In this document: positions 1 to 9,730 of the stretch, piece after piece | How the letters are laid out: the number at the start of each line of letters is the position of its first letter | Position numbering within the stretch: the stretch's first letter is position 1 | Source: Longimicrobiales bacterium | GTDB lineage: Bacteria; Gemmatimonadota; Gemmatimonadetes; Longimicrobiales; Gaopeijiaceae | Assembly: GCA_041690395.1 (NCBI GenBank) | Contig: JAWLHJ010000003.1 | Span: 416,001 to 480,000, forward strand | DNA length: 64,000 bases | Direction of reading: 5' to 3' | Notes under the pieces: model-generated | Seen by the model: only the letters and a program-made list of their open reading frames with translations | Told to the model about the DNA's origin: nothing | Databases searched by the model: none | Translations under genes and position numbers: made by a program

Positions 1-2
1 GA

Positions 3-428
3 TGCCGGACCGAGTTCGTCACGTCGGTCGTCACGTCGAGCGTCGTGGTGGCCCCGGAGGAAGCCGGCATCCTGGAAGGCGAGAACCTCCAGTTCACGGC
101 GACGGTGATCGACGAATTCGACCAGCCGGTCGTTCAGGCCGTGGTGACCTGGTCCGCGAGCGATTCTTCGATCGCGCGCGTGGACTCCGACGGACGTGCC
201 TGGGGGCTCGCCCCGGGAGCGACGCTCGTATGGGCAAGGTTCAACGGCGCGGCCGGCTCGGCCCTGATGACGGTGGCCCCCGCTCTGGACTGTGGCGACG
301 ACGTGCTCACTCCCGGGAAGAAGAAGAAGGGCGGCAATACAGGCTCCGATGACGACGACGACGACGACGATGATGACGATGATGACGATGACCCCAGATG
401 TACCCCCCCGGCCGATACAGGACCCTGA
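3..428 (+). CDS. Ig-like (Big_2-type) domain protein, 5'-partial, with poly-Lys/poly-Asp tail
   Basis: Frame is open from base 3; Ig-like motif 'VTWSASDSSIARVDSDG...APGATLV'; stop TGA 426-428 overlaps next ATG. Confidence 0.75.
   Translation, partial: CRTEFVTSVVTSSVVVAPEEAGILEGENLQFTATVIDEFDQPVVQAVVTWSASDSSIARVDSDGRAWGLAPGATLVWARFNGAAGSALMTVAPALDCGDDVLTPGKKKKGGNTGSDDDDDDDDDDDDDDDPRCTPPADTGP
348..391 (+). repeat. (GAY)n trinucleotide tract encoding poly-Asp
   Basis: gatgacgacgac...gatgac run within the CDS. Confidence 0.9.
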
Positions 429-1573
429 TGACCGATCTCGAACGCATACGCTCGAACGCGACCAGGGCCGTGGCGGGAGCCGTGTTGTGGACCATGGGAG
501 CAGTGCTACCTCTCGCCGCTCAGGAGCTTCCCCTGCGGCATCAGTCGGACAACGGCGAGGCCGAGACCTGCCCGAGCTCGCCGGACGTCGTCGTCGACCC
601 GGGACCCGACGCTCGCGCCCAGGCGGTCGAGCTCGCGTCCACCGCGGATCAGTCGGTCGTTCTCGGTGACCTGGAACGAGCGGCCACCCTCCTGGAGCGA
701 GCCACCGAGCTCGACCCGTTCTCCGCGGAACTGGCCTATCGGCGGGGGAGGGTCCTGGAGGATCTGGGACAGACCCGGGCCGCGACCTCGTCCTACTGCC
801 GCGTGCTCGACACGGTGGGAGCAGAGGTCACGCTCGCTGACGCCCGTGACCGGATCCAGAGCCTCAACCGGAAAGAGACGATTGTCCCGGAAGCGACACG
901 CACGGCAGCGGCACAGGCAGTGGCCACGGCCGAAGCCGGTAACCTGGACGGGGCCCTCGAAGCCTTCGACCAGGTGGTGCGCGACGCCCCTCTGTGGGCC
1001 GACGGGGCGTACAACCGGGGGGTGACACTCGACCGGATGGGAAGGAGTTCGGACGCCGTGCTCGCATTCGGTCGGTATCTCGAGTTGGAGCCGTCGGCGC
1101 CCGACGCGATCGCCGTGTCACGTCGTATCGGCCAGCTCGAAGCGCTCCTCGCGGCGCTACGGGACACGCCGAGCCCCTACACGGCTCTCGCCCTCGGGGC
1201 ACTCGTCCCCGGCATGGGACAATTCTACTCGGGGCGCGCTCGGGGCGGCCTGCTCGTCGTCGCGCTCACGGCCGGGACCCTCGCGGGCGGCTACTTCATC
1301 ACCGAGGTGAACGTCCGCTGCCAGATTCCCGTCGAGCCCGGCGCCTCGTGCCCGCCGGAGTCAGTCGCCTCGAAGAGCAATGAACGGCCCCACATGTGGT
1401 CGGCGGTCGGCGTGGCCGCCGCCGTGGCCGTGTTCGGGGCCACGGAGGCGTTCATCAACGCGCGCCTCCGCAGGCGTGGCCAGGGCCCGTACGCGGAGCG
1501 GATCACCGGGCCCTCGATCACGGCCCGCGGCTCCGGTGTGGACCTGAATCTGTTGTCTCTCCGCTTCCGTTGA
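428..1573 (+). CDS. Secreted tetratricopeptide-repeat protein with C-terminal hydrophobic region (PGxGQFY motif)
   Basis: Signal peptide; TPR-like helices 'AYRRGRVLEDLG', 'AYNRGVTLDRMG'; 'LVPGMGQFYSGR'; TGATG coupling gives start 428. Confidence 0.8.
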   Translation: MTDLERIRSNATRAVAGAVLWTMGAVLPLAAQELPLRHQSDNGEAETCPSSPDVVVDPGPDARAQAVELASTADQSVVLGDLERAATLLERATELDPFSAELAYRRGRVLEDLGQTRAATSSYCRVLDTVGAEVTLADARDRIQSLNRKETIVPEATRTAAAQAVATAEAGNLDGALEAFDQVVRDAPLWADGAYNRGVTLDRMGRSSDAVLAFGRYLELEPSAPDAIAVSRRIGQLEALLAALRDTPSPYTALALGALVPGMGQFYSGRARGGLLVVALTAGTLAGGYFITEVNVRCQIPVEPGASCPPESVASKSNERPHMWSAVGVAAAVAVFGATEAFINARLRRRGQGPYAERITGPSITARGSGVDLNLLSLRFR

Positions 1574-1577
1574 GCCC

Positions 1578-2987
1578 ATGCGAGTCACTCCGTGGCCTCG
1601 ACCCCGAGCACGCCCTGGAGGCGCCGCGCGACCGGCTCTCCGAGCGCTGCTGATCGCTGCCTTCTTCCAGGCCTGCGCGACGGAGAAGGTGACCCAGGTC
1701 GTGGTCGTGTCCGTCACCGTCGTTCCGGGCAACGCGGCCATCGAGCCAGGAGGTACGGTGGACTTCGAGGCCGTAGTGGCGGACGAGGCGGGCGGCGCCC
1801 AGGTCGGCGCGCCGGTGGTGTGGTCGAGCGATCCGCCCGACGTCGTCTTCGTGGATCAGTCGGGGACCGCCCACGCGCTCTCGACCGGCGTCGCGACCGT
1901 CGAGGCGACGTACCAGGGCGTCACCGGCGCGGCAAGCGTCCTGGTCGTTCCGGGCCCCACCCTCGTCATGGACCCGGACGTCGTCTCGATGGCCGGAGAC
2001 GTGGATGGGGACGGACCGCCCCAGGAGGCCGTATTGATCGGCAATGGAGGCCTGGGTCGCCTGACCGGGCTCGCCTCGGAGGTGAGATACGAGTCGGGAG
2101 GCGGGGAGGACTGGCTCGGGGCCAGCCTCTCGGGGGACGCGACGCCGGCGACGCTCACGCTCTCCCCCGATGTCGAAGGGATGCGCGCGGGCGTGTACGA
2201 CGCCGTCGTCGTGGTGACCTCCGGCGATGGCGACGACCTCAGCGCATCCCTTCCCGTCCGCCTCTCGCTTGCCGGCATCACCGTGCGGCACACCGGGGGG
2301 CGCACGTCCGTCGAAGAATCGGGGTCCACGGATGCGTTCTCCGTCGTCCTCGACCTCGATCCCGGCGCGGAGGTGAGCCTGTCCGTGACGGCCGAGGACC
2401 CGGACGAGATCGAGGTCAGTCCATCACGCCTCACGTTCGACCCGACGGATTGGTCCACATCCCGAACCGTCACTGTGACCGCCGTCGACGACCGGATCGT
2501 CAATGGAGATCGGAGCACCCGAATCGTCGTCTCGGTCGAGGGGGGCGAGCAGACGCCCTACGCGGTGGTGGGCGCCCGACGGCTCGACGTGACCATCGTG
2601 GACGACGACGTCGCCGGGTTCCTCGTCTCCGAGACCCAGGGATGGACGTCCGCGAGGGAGGACGGCCACAGCGATTCCCTCTTCGTCGTGCTGACCGCCG
2701 AGCCCCGGAGCGACGTGGTCTTCTCCGCGCGGACCGATGACGAGAGCGACGCGACGCTATCACCCGACGAGCTTACGTTCACGCCGTTGAACTGGGACGA
2801 CCCGAGGCTCCTGGTCTTCTCGGCCGTCGACGACAACCGCCGCGACGGGTTCGGCTTCAGAACCGTGACGATCGCCGTGGACCCGTCGCGTTCGGACCCC
2901 GCGTTCCACGGGCTCTCGCGGACCGTCGACGCCGTCACGTTCGACGACGACCGGTCCCGCGACTCCGACTCGGGACCAGGTGGCTGA
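1578..2987 (+). CDS. Lipoprotein with Ig-like and Calx-beta/CBM-like repeats
   Basis: Lipobox-like 'FFQAC'; Big_2 motif 'VVWSSD..V..VDQSG'; two repeats 'LTFxPxxW..P..V.V.AVDD'. Confidence 0.75.
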   Translation: MRVTPWPRPRARPGGAARPALRALLIAAFFQACATEKVTQVVVVSVTVVPGNAAIEPGGTVDFEAVVADEAGGAQVGAPVVWSSDPPDVVFVDQSGTAHALSTGVATVEATYQGVTGAASVLVVPGPTLVMDPDVVSMAGDVDGDGPPQEAVLIGNGGLGRLTGLASEVRYESGGGEDWLGASLSGDATPATLTLSPDVEGMRAGVYDAVVVVTSGDGDDLSASLPVRLSLAGITVRHTGGRTSVEESGSTDAFSVVLDLDPGAEVSLSVTAEDPDEIEVSPSRLTFDPTDWSTSRTVTVTAVDDRIVNGDRSTRIVVSVEGGEQTPYAVVGARRLDVTIVDDDVAGFLVSETQGWTSAREDGHSDSLFVVLTAEPRSDVVFSARTDDESDATLSPDELTFTPLNWDDPRLLVFSAVDDNRRDGFGFRTVTIAVDPSRSDPAFHGLSRTVDAVTFDDDRSRDSDSGPGG

Positions 2988-4749
2988 CATGGCACCTCGT
3001 GTTCCCGACATCGAGCTCCCACCGCTTCCGACGTCCGGTGAGCGGGCGCGGCGGCCCAACTCGGAGCCGCCGGAGAGGACGAGGTCACGGTCCGGGCCAG
3101 GGCCGTGGACGTGGATCGTCGTCGTGATTCTGGGCGCGGCCGGCGGCTACCTCGGCGGTATGGGAAGCCGGGGCCTACCGTTCGGACTGACGGCCGAGCC
3201 CGGAGGCGCTTCCGGGTCGCCGTCCTCGGCCGGAGCGGGTGCGGCGGACACCGCGACGGTCGGAAGCGAGTCGCCGAGTCCGGCGGAGCCGGGCGTGGTC
3301 GGCGCGAGCGGTCTTCCGGCGCGGATGGACTACCTCCAGGGGGACGGTCAGGCCGCCGAGGCGGGCTCGACGCTGCCCGGACGATTCGGCGTGCAGGTCG
3401 TAGATGCCACGGGTCAGCCGGTCCAGGGCGCCGAGGTTCGCTTCCAGGTGGTCGCCGGCGGAGGCCTCACAACCCCCGCCCTGGCCCTGACCGACTCCCT
3501 GGGTCGGGCCACGGCCAGCTGGCAGCTCGGTCCCGGCGCCGGATTCCACCGGCTCACCGCGACCTCACCGGACCTCGAGACCGTCGTCACCTTCACGGCC
3601 ATGGCCCGATCGACCGAAGTCGCCGCGGAAGCGCCGCAGCCGGAGGCGCCGCCGAGTCGTGAGGTCCAGTCCCAGGCCCCGCCTGTCACCGAGACCGTGT
3701 ACGAGCCGCCCCTCTCGACGGCCCCGCGCGTGCCGGCAAGAGTCTCCGTGGTGCCTCGCGACCGCGTCGTGGGGGGATCGACGGTGTGCATGTTGGCCGG
3801 GGGCGGGGTGACGTGCCGTGGAGCCGACGACCGCGGACAGCGCCTCGAAGACGGGGCGTACGGAACGCGGGCCCTGACCGCGGGCCTCTTCCACGCATGC
3901 GCGCTGGACGCGTCGGGCATGGCGTCGTGCTGGGGCGCGAACGAGGCGGGGCAGCTCGGAGACGGCACGCGCACCGATCGTGACCAGGCGACACCCGTGG
4001 CGACGGACCTTCGCTTCTCGACGCTCAGCGCCGGCATCGCGCATACGTGCGGCCTGACCGGCGACGGGCAGCTGGCCTGCTGGGGGCAGAACATCGGGGG
4101 CCAGCTCGGAGACGGATCCCGGAACGATCGCACGACGCCGGTGCTCACTTCGACCCCCTCGCTCAGGACGCTGGAGTCCGGGTGGAACCACACGTGCGCG
4201 ATTGCCGCTGCAGGCACCGTGTACTGCTGGGGCCTGAACCGTGATGGACAGGTGGGAGACGGCACCCGCCTCGATAGACTGTCACCGCGACGGGTCGAGA
4301 CGTCCGCCGAGGCCCTTGCCGCGGGAAGCTCCCACACGTGCGCCCTGTCCGCCGGAAGCGTGCTCTGCTGGGGTGACAATCGCTTCGGGCAGCTCGGAGA
4401 CGGCACCACGGAATCACGCACGAGTCCCACGGCGGTCTCGGGTCTCCCGGGCCGGGCGACCGAGTTGGTCTCCGGAGCGGCCCACGCCTGCGCGCTGCTC
4501 GCGGACGGAACCGTCTACTGCTGGGGCCAGAACCTGCACGGGCAGCTCGGGAACGGCTCCACCCTCAACGCGACGACGCCTGTCGCGGTGGCCGGCAGTA
4601 TCACCTTCGCCCGGCTCTCCGCCGGTGGAGCCGTCACCTGCGGCATGTCCATCGAAGGCCTCGAGTACTGCTGGGGGCTCAACCAGAGCGGTCAGCTGGG
4701 AGACGGCTCGCGCACCAACCGGGCTGCGCCGGCGCGCGTCGGGCGGTAG
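2980..4749 (+). CDS. Membrane-anchored protein with Ig-like (Big_1-like) domain and RCC1 repeats
   Basis: N-terminal TM helix; 'QGDGQ...TDSLGRA..SWQLG'; about six 'HxC.L...G...CWG.N..GQLGDG' repeats. Confidence 0.9.
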   Translation: MADMAPRVPDIELPPLPTSGERARRPNSEPPERTRSRSGPGPWTWIVVVILGAAGGYLGGMGSRGLPFGLTAEPGGASGSPSSAGAGAADTATVGSESPSPAEPGVVGASGLPARMDYLQGDGQAAEAGSTLPGRFGVQVVDATGQPVQGAEVRFQVVAGGGLTTPALALTDSLGRATASWQLGPGAGFHRLTATSPDLETVVTFTAMARSTEVAAEAPQPEAPPSREVQSQAPPVTETVYEPPLSTAPRVPARVSVVPRDRVVGGSTVCMLAGGGVTCRGADDRGQRLEDGAYGTRALTAGLFHACALDASGMASCWGANEAGQLGDGTRTDRDQATPVATDLRFSTLSAGIAHTCGLTGDGQLACWGQNIGGQLGDGSRNDRTTPVLTSTPSLRTLESGWNHTCAIAAAGTVYCWGLNRDGQVGDGTRLDRLSPRRVETSAEALAAGSSHTCALSAGSVLCWGDNRFGQLGDGTTESRTSPTAVSGLPGRATELVSGAAHACALLADGTVYCWGQNLHGQLGNGSTLNATTPVAVAGSITFARLSAGGAVTCGMSIEGLEYCWGLNQSGQLGDGSRTNRAAPARVGR

Positions 4750-4812
4750 CGGGAGGCGCCGGATTCGCCCCCGCGGGTCGCCGCCGCGCCTGCCATCGCG
4801 CGACGCTGTGGG

Positions 4813-6333
4813 TCAGGAGGCGGCCAGCACCCGACGCACGGCCTCGCTCAACGATTCGACGGAAAAGGGCTTCTGTAACAGCCCGCGCCCCCCGGTGAAC
4901 GACCTGAGGCTGTCGTCGCCCTCCAGGGCGTAGCTCGCCAGGAGGAGCACGCGGAGACGGGGGTCGGAAGACTGGAGGCGGTCCGCCAGCGCCTCGCCGT
5001 CGATGCCGGGAAGGCCCAGTGCGGTCACCAGCAGGTCCGGCTCCTCCGCCGATCCCTCGAACGCTGCCATTGCCTGCTCGGCGGAGGCCACCGAGACCAC
5101 CGTCCACCCCAGGCCCTCGAGGACGCGACAGGTGGCGCGTCGCACATCGTCGTCGTCGTCGACGACGAGAACCCTGGGCCCTCCCCCCGGCGGCACGGGC
5201 TCGTGCGTGGGCGTGTTCTCGGACGACGTCGGACTGGCCCTGGGCAGGAGGATTCGGAACGTCGTGCCCACGCCAGGAGCCGAGTCCACCGTGATGAAGC
5301 CGCCGCTCTGCCGGACGATCCCATAGGCCATCGAAAGGCCGAGCCCGGTTCCCTGGGGCGCCGGCTTCGTCGTGAAGAAGGGCTCGAAGACCCGGGCGCG
5401 GGTGATCTCGTCCATCCCCGTCCCCGTGTCCTCCACGGTCAGCTGGGCGTAGTCCCCAGGGGGGATCGACGGATCCTTCCGGGCATCCTCCGGCGACACC
5501 GAGACATTCTCGGTAGCGAGGACGAGGACGCCGCCCCGGGGCATGGCGTCCTGTGCGTTCACGGCGAGGTTCATGATCACATGCTCGAGCTGGTTCGCGT
5601 CCACGCGCACCGGCCAACGATCAGGATCGATCCGGCTCCGGATCTCGATGTGATCCGTGAGGACGCGCTCCAGCAGCTCCACGCTGCGCTCGACCACCTC
5701 GGCGAGGGAGCAGACCTCGACGCGCATCACCTGCTTCCGGCTGAACGCAAGGAGGTGTCGGGTGAGGACGCTCGCCCGATGGGCCGCTCGCTGGATGACC
5801 TCGACATCGGTTTTCGTGTCCGGGTCGTCCCCCACGTGCTCCATGAGGAGCTCCAGGCCGCCCAGGATGACGGTCAGCGCGTTGTTGAAATCGTGCGCGA
5901 CCCCGGCCGCGAGCTGACCCACGACTTCCATCTTCTGGGCCTGCTGCAGCTCCCGCTGGATCTGAAGGCGTTCGGTGACTTCGTGGATCGTGGCGATCCG
6001 CACGGGCCGCCCGTCCACGACGGTATCGCGGGACCAGACGTCGGCCGCGAACAGCGATCCGTCCTTGCGGCAGTGCCGCGCAGCCGTGGTCTTCCAGAAT
6101 CCGTGGGGCATCTCGGACATCACCTGTATGGCCTCGGCGCGGCCCTCGGGAGGGCGCACCTCCAGTGCCGAGAGGCCGACGAACTCCTCCCGTTCGTAGC
6201 CATACTGCTCCAGCGCGGCGTCGTTGGCGGCCAGGATGACCCACGAAGCGTGGTCGATGACCAGAACGGGGAGGGCCACGCCGTCATAGACCTGCCGGTA
6301 GTCACCGATGAGGAAGGGGTCCGACGCGGTCAT
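4813..6333 (-). CDS. PAS-domain hybrid sensor histidine kinase with C-terminal atypical receiver domain
   Basis: PAS 'ANDAALEQYGY..EEF', H-box 'AHDFNN', N-box 'NLAVNAQDAM', 'DTGTGM', 'FEPFFTTK', 'GTGLGL'; receiver 'VLVVDD...KPF'. Confidence 0.95.
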   Translation of the reverse strand: MTASDPFLIGDYRQVYDGVALPVLVIDHASWVILAANDAALEQYGYEREEFVGLSALEVRPPEGRAEAIQVMSEMPHGFWKTTAARHCRKDGSLFAADVWSRDTVVDGRPVRIATIHEVTERLQIQRELQQAQKMEVVGQLAAGVAHDFNNALTVILGGLELLMEHVGDDPDTKTDVEVIQRAAHRASVLTRHLLAFSRKQVMRVEVCSLAEVVERSVELLERVLTDHIEIRSRIDPDRWPVRVDANQLEHVIMNLAVNAQDAMPRGGVLVLATENVSVSPEDARKDPSIPPGDYAQLTVEDTGTGMDEITRARVFEPFFTTKPAPQGTGLGLSMAYGIVRQSGGFITVDSAPGVGTTFRILLPRASPTSSENTPTHEPVPPGGGPRVLVVDDDDDVRRATCRVLEGLGWTVVSVASAEQAMAAFEGSAEEPDLLVTALGLPGIDGEALADRLQSSDPRLRVLLLASYALEGDDSLRSFTGGRGLLQKPFSVESLSEAVRRVLAAS

Positions 6334-6491
6334 GATCGTCTCTTGGCTGGATGTTCGGCGGGCATCGACACCAATCTACGCCACACCGGATGACAGTGGT
6401 GCGCCATGCGCCCAGGGCCCTGCCTGGATGAGGCCCCAGGAGACGCGCGTAGAGTGCCGACCCCTCCAGGGGGGGCTGGTGTAGCAGGCGC

Positions 6492-7439
6492 ATGATTCGA
6501 TTCCACAGCATCCGGCTCGCCGCCGTGTTCGCGGCCGCCCTGATCGTCGTCCTTCCGGCGTGGACCGCCCCGGCGGCGCCCGCTGAGGCGGCCGCCGCCC
6601 GCCACTCCGGGCGTCCCGTCGTTCTCATGCTCCCAGGTCGGGGGCTGAATGGCAGCGACACGGCCAGCCTGCGTCGCGACTGGAACAGCGCCCTGGAACA
6701 GGGAATCGCCTCGGTCGCGGGCGAACGCCTCCTCGACGAGGACGACCTGCGCCTGGTCTGGTACGCCGACGCCCTTGAGCCCGGCACCCGGTCGTGCCCC
6801 GCCCGGAGCCCGCAGGAGCAGGGGACCGCTCAGCATGGCGACCAGAAACGAGCGGAATGGGCGCGCGAGGTCGGCGCCGCCCTGGGATCGGCCGGCAGGC
6901 TCATGGGACTCGTGGCACAATGGATGGAAGGACCCGAAGGAGAGGCGCTGAGATCCATGGCGGGCGACCTCGTCTACCTGGGTGACGACCGCCAACGTTG
7001 CGGCGCCGAGGAACGACTCGCCGAGGCGCTGGCGACGGCCGAGCGCGAGGGGCGCCCGGTCATTCTCGTGGCGCACAGCTTCGGCGCCCTGGTCGCGTAC
7101 CATTACCTGCAGACCCGTCCCGACGCGTTCCCGCGCATCGAGCGATGGATCACCGTGGGATCGCTCCTCGGTCATCCGGAGCTCCGTGAGGTCTTGCTGA
7201 CCGGGGGCGGAGGAACCGGAGTGCCTGCCGGGGTCGGCTCCTGGGTCAACGTGAGCGACCCCCGCGATCCGCTGGCCGCACGCCTTTCGGGGATACGCGC
7301 ATCGCCAGGGGACTCTGTCGCCATCGAGGACCGGACCACCGAGAGCCCCGCCGGCGGGAACCCCCACGATCCCGAACGCTACCTCTCCGATCCGGCCACG
7401 GCCCGGGCGGTGGTGGAGGCGTGGGGTCGGGCGTGGTGA
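6492..7439 (+). CDS. Secreted alpha/beta-hydrolase fold protein
   Basis: Signal peptide; nucleophile elbow 'VAHSFG'; 'ITVGS'; candidate Asp 'DPRDPL' and His 'NPHD'. Confidence 0.8.
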   Translation: MIRFHSIRLAAVFAAALIVVLPAWTAPAAPAEAAAARHSGRPVVLMLPGRGLNGSDTASLRRDWNSALEQGIASVAGERLLDEDDLRLVWYADALEPGTRSCPARSPQEQGTAQHGDQKRAEWAREVGAALGSAGRLMGLVAQWMEGPEGEALRSMAGDLVYLGDDRQRCGAEERLAEALATAEREGRPVILVAHSFGALVAYHYLQTRPDAFPRIERWITVGSLLGHPELREVLLTGGGGTGVPAGVGSWVNVSDPRDPLAARLSGIRASPGDSVAIEDRTTESPAGGNPHDPERYLSDPATARAVVEAWGRAW

Positions 7440-7598
7440 GGCGCGCTCGCTCGACCCTTCGAAACGACAGCTTCCGCGGCGGATCGCACGGCCACTCCCT
7501 CATCCACGAGCACCTTGCCCGCCCTCGACCCCGATCCTTAGGATTCGCTGCAAACGCACTCCGCAGACGCGCGCGTCTCTCCATCCACCTCGACGGAC

Positions 7599-8123
7599 GT
7601 GGAGTCCCGAAGCATCGCCTCCCGCCTCGCTCTCCTGCTGCCGCTCCTGGCCACCGCCTGCGTGATCGGCGACACGGCCTCGGAGCTCGTCGATGCACCC
7701 GCTGCGATCGGTGGGTCCTTCGGCCGATTCGCCGAGCGCTACGTACCGCTCATCCTCGACGCGGCCGACCGGGCGGGCTACCACTCGGGGTTCACCGACG
7801 ACCCGGAGGACGTCCGAGGCGCCCCGAGCACGTTCGTCCCACGCGTGTCAAGAAGAGACAGGGTGAGAGGCTTCTACTCCGGCGACCTGAGCTTCACCCT
7901 GCACGCTCATGACCCGGGCAACGACAACATCTCCAGGACCTTGACGCTCTACCTCGAGCTCGTGCGTATCCCTCGCGACACGACCTGGTACCTTCTCACG
8001 GAAGACGGATCCCTGGCCTGGCACGAGGAATACGAGCTGTCGACCGACCTCCAGACGACGATCAGGGACGTCTTTCCCGATCGAATGGAGCTCGCGGCCT
8101 ATGCCGAAAGGCATGGGTCGTAG
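7599..8123 (+). CDS. Hypothetical lipoprotein
   Basis: GTG start; lipobox 'LLATAC'; fills the gap between flanking genes. Confidence 0.65.
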   Translation: MESRSIASRLALLLPLLATACVIGDTASELVDAPAAIGGSFGRFAERYVPLILDAADRAGYHSGFTDDPEDVRGAPSTFVPRVSRRDRVRGFYSGDLSFTLHAHDPGNDNISRTLTLYLELVRIPRDTTWYLLTEDGSLAWHEEYELSTDLQTTIRDVFPDRMELAAYAERHGS

Positions 8124-8148
8124 GCATCGATGAAGAGCTGAGCCGGGC

Positions 8149-9558
8149 CTACGGGCCGGCAGGGTCGATGCCCCGGGCCGTCCACAGCCACCGCACGCTC
8201 CACCCCCGCGCCCCGGCCAACGCGCGGACCATCCGTACGTCCAGCGGAGTCACGACGTCCGGAGCGTAGAGCACCCCGTCGTCCGGCGCCCAGACCACCA
8301 GCGATCCGGGCGCGTCGGGCAGGTCGATGGGCTCCAAGTGCAGAAGCCGGCCACCCCGCCGCAGCTCCGTCGGCTCGAGCACGACCGTGACCCCACGTGC
8401 ACGGACCTCCGCGCCCCGAAGCACGGCGTCGACCAAAGGCGCCGCGGCAACGGACGTGTACACGGGTACCCCCGCCTGGACCAGTGTCGCCGCACCCCCG
8501 TTGCCCGGCCGAGCGGCCGCTACGATCGCCGCCTCCAGGTCGGTCACGCCCGCCGCGGCCAGTGCCGCGCTCCCGCGCTCGAAGCTGAGTGGCGCGTGCC
8601 CGGCCTCGAGCAGCACCCAGCCGTCCCCGAGCCGCAGAGCGCCCTCGGGAAAGCCGAACCCGTGCACCCGCGCCACGCCGTCGCCCACCACGCTCACGGA
8701 GTCCACCGTCCTATCGTGCATGGGCCCTCGAGCCTGGAGGAATTCGGAGCGCAGCTCGGGCGCCACGTGGAAGGAGTCCGCCGCGAAGTCAGGATCGAGA
8801 TCGGCGGCGCGGACGGTCATCCGCTTGTAGGGCGCGCCCGCCCGCTGGACGTCCCACTGCGTGGGGATGCTCACTGTGCCGAAGGTGCGCCACGCCGAGT
8901 ACCACACCTCCACGTGCATCTCCCCGAACGGAACCAGACCGAAGTCGTTCGGATGGGCGGCCCGGAAGCGGAGAAGCGCCGGCAGGCCCGTGCCGGCATG
9001 GAAGGCCACGGTCACGGGCACGTCCCCACGGAGCGTCGCCCGCACCTGCGTGAACTGTTCGCCTCCTACCACCGTGTCCCCGCCGGCGCGGAGGTCGGCC
9101 GCGCCGTCCAGCATCAGCATGAGACGGTCCGGCGTGTACATGAAGAGCTCGTCGCGCTCGTCGACGTACGCGACGCTCTGCGGCCGGGGGCCGTCGCCCA
9201 TGTCCGTGGTGGCCACGGTGTCCCTGACTACGTTGACGATGCGCTGCGCACCGAAGTCGCGGGTGTTTCGCCAGGCCGGAATCGTGTAGTCCCTCACGTC
9301 CGTGTGCGGCTCGAACGACGGACGATCCGTCCAGGGAACGTCGCGGTACGCCGTGCGCTGCCACTGGGTCATCATGTCCAGCCGGACACGCTCCACGGCC
9401 CGAACCGCCTCGCCGCCCATGAGGTCCAACGCCCGTGCGACCGTACCCCTCGCGTGATCCTGCCCCGCCACCGGCGCGGCCAGGCACGCCAGCGTCGCGC
9501 AGAGCACGGCCGCCCCCGCACGAATCCCCACGATCGAGCCGTTTCCTTCTCCCCGCAT
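8149..9558 (-). CDS. Secreted protein with C-terminal degenerate metallo-beta-lactamase-like fold
   Basis: ATG 9558 with GAGGAGG RBS; signal peptide; 'VLLEAG', 'SLVVWAPDDGVLYAPD'; HxHxDH motif absent. Confidence 0.7.
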   Translation of the reverse strand: MRGEGNGSIVGIRAGAAVLCATLACLAAPVAGQDHARGTVARALDLMGGEAVRAVERVRLDMMTQWQRTAYRDVPWTDRPSFEPHTDVRDYTIPAWRNTRDFGAQRIVNVVRDTVATTDMGDGPRPQSVAYVDERDELFMYTPDRLMLMLDGAADLRAGGDTVVGGEQFTQVRATLRGDVPVTVAFHAGTGLPALLRFRAAHPNDFGLVPFGEMHVEVWYSAWRTFGTVSIPTQWDVQRAGAPYKRMTVRAADLDPDFAADSFHVAPELRSEFLQARGPMHDRTVDSVSVVGDGVARVHGFGFPEGALRLGDGWVLLEAGHAPLSFERGSAALAAAGVTDLEAAIVAAARPGNGGAATLVQAGVPVYTSVAAAPLVDAVLRGAEVRARGVTVVLEPTELRRGGRLLHLEPIDLPDAPGSLVVWAPDDGVLYAPDVVTPLDVRMVRALAGARGWSVRWLWTARGIDPAGP

Positions 9559-9627
9559 CGTCGCCCCCTCCTCCTCGGTCCATGAAAAACTCGCTCCGGA
9601 GCATGCGCTTCCGTCGCGCGCCGTGGT

Positions 9628-9645
9628 ATCGTTCGAAAGGACGAT
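9628..9645. promoter_or_regulatory. Palindromic operator candidate (LuxR/NarL type) between divergent genes
   Basis: ATCGTTC-GAAA-GGACGAT near-palindrome upstream of the LuxR-family gene. Confidence 0.45.
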
Positions 9646-9730
9646 GCCGGGTCGGCCCGGTTTCCGAGGGGGCGCACCCGGCCCTCTCGAGGACGGTCTC
9701 CAGGGAGGGCGGTGGATGGGCAGGGAGAGC

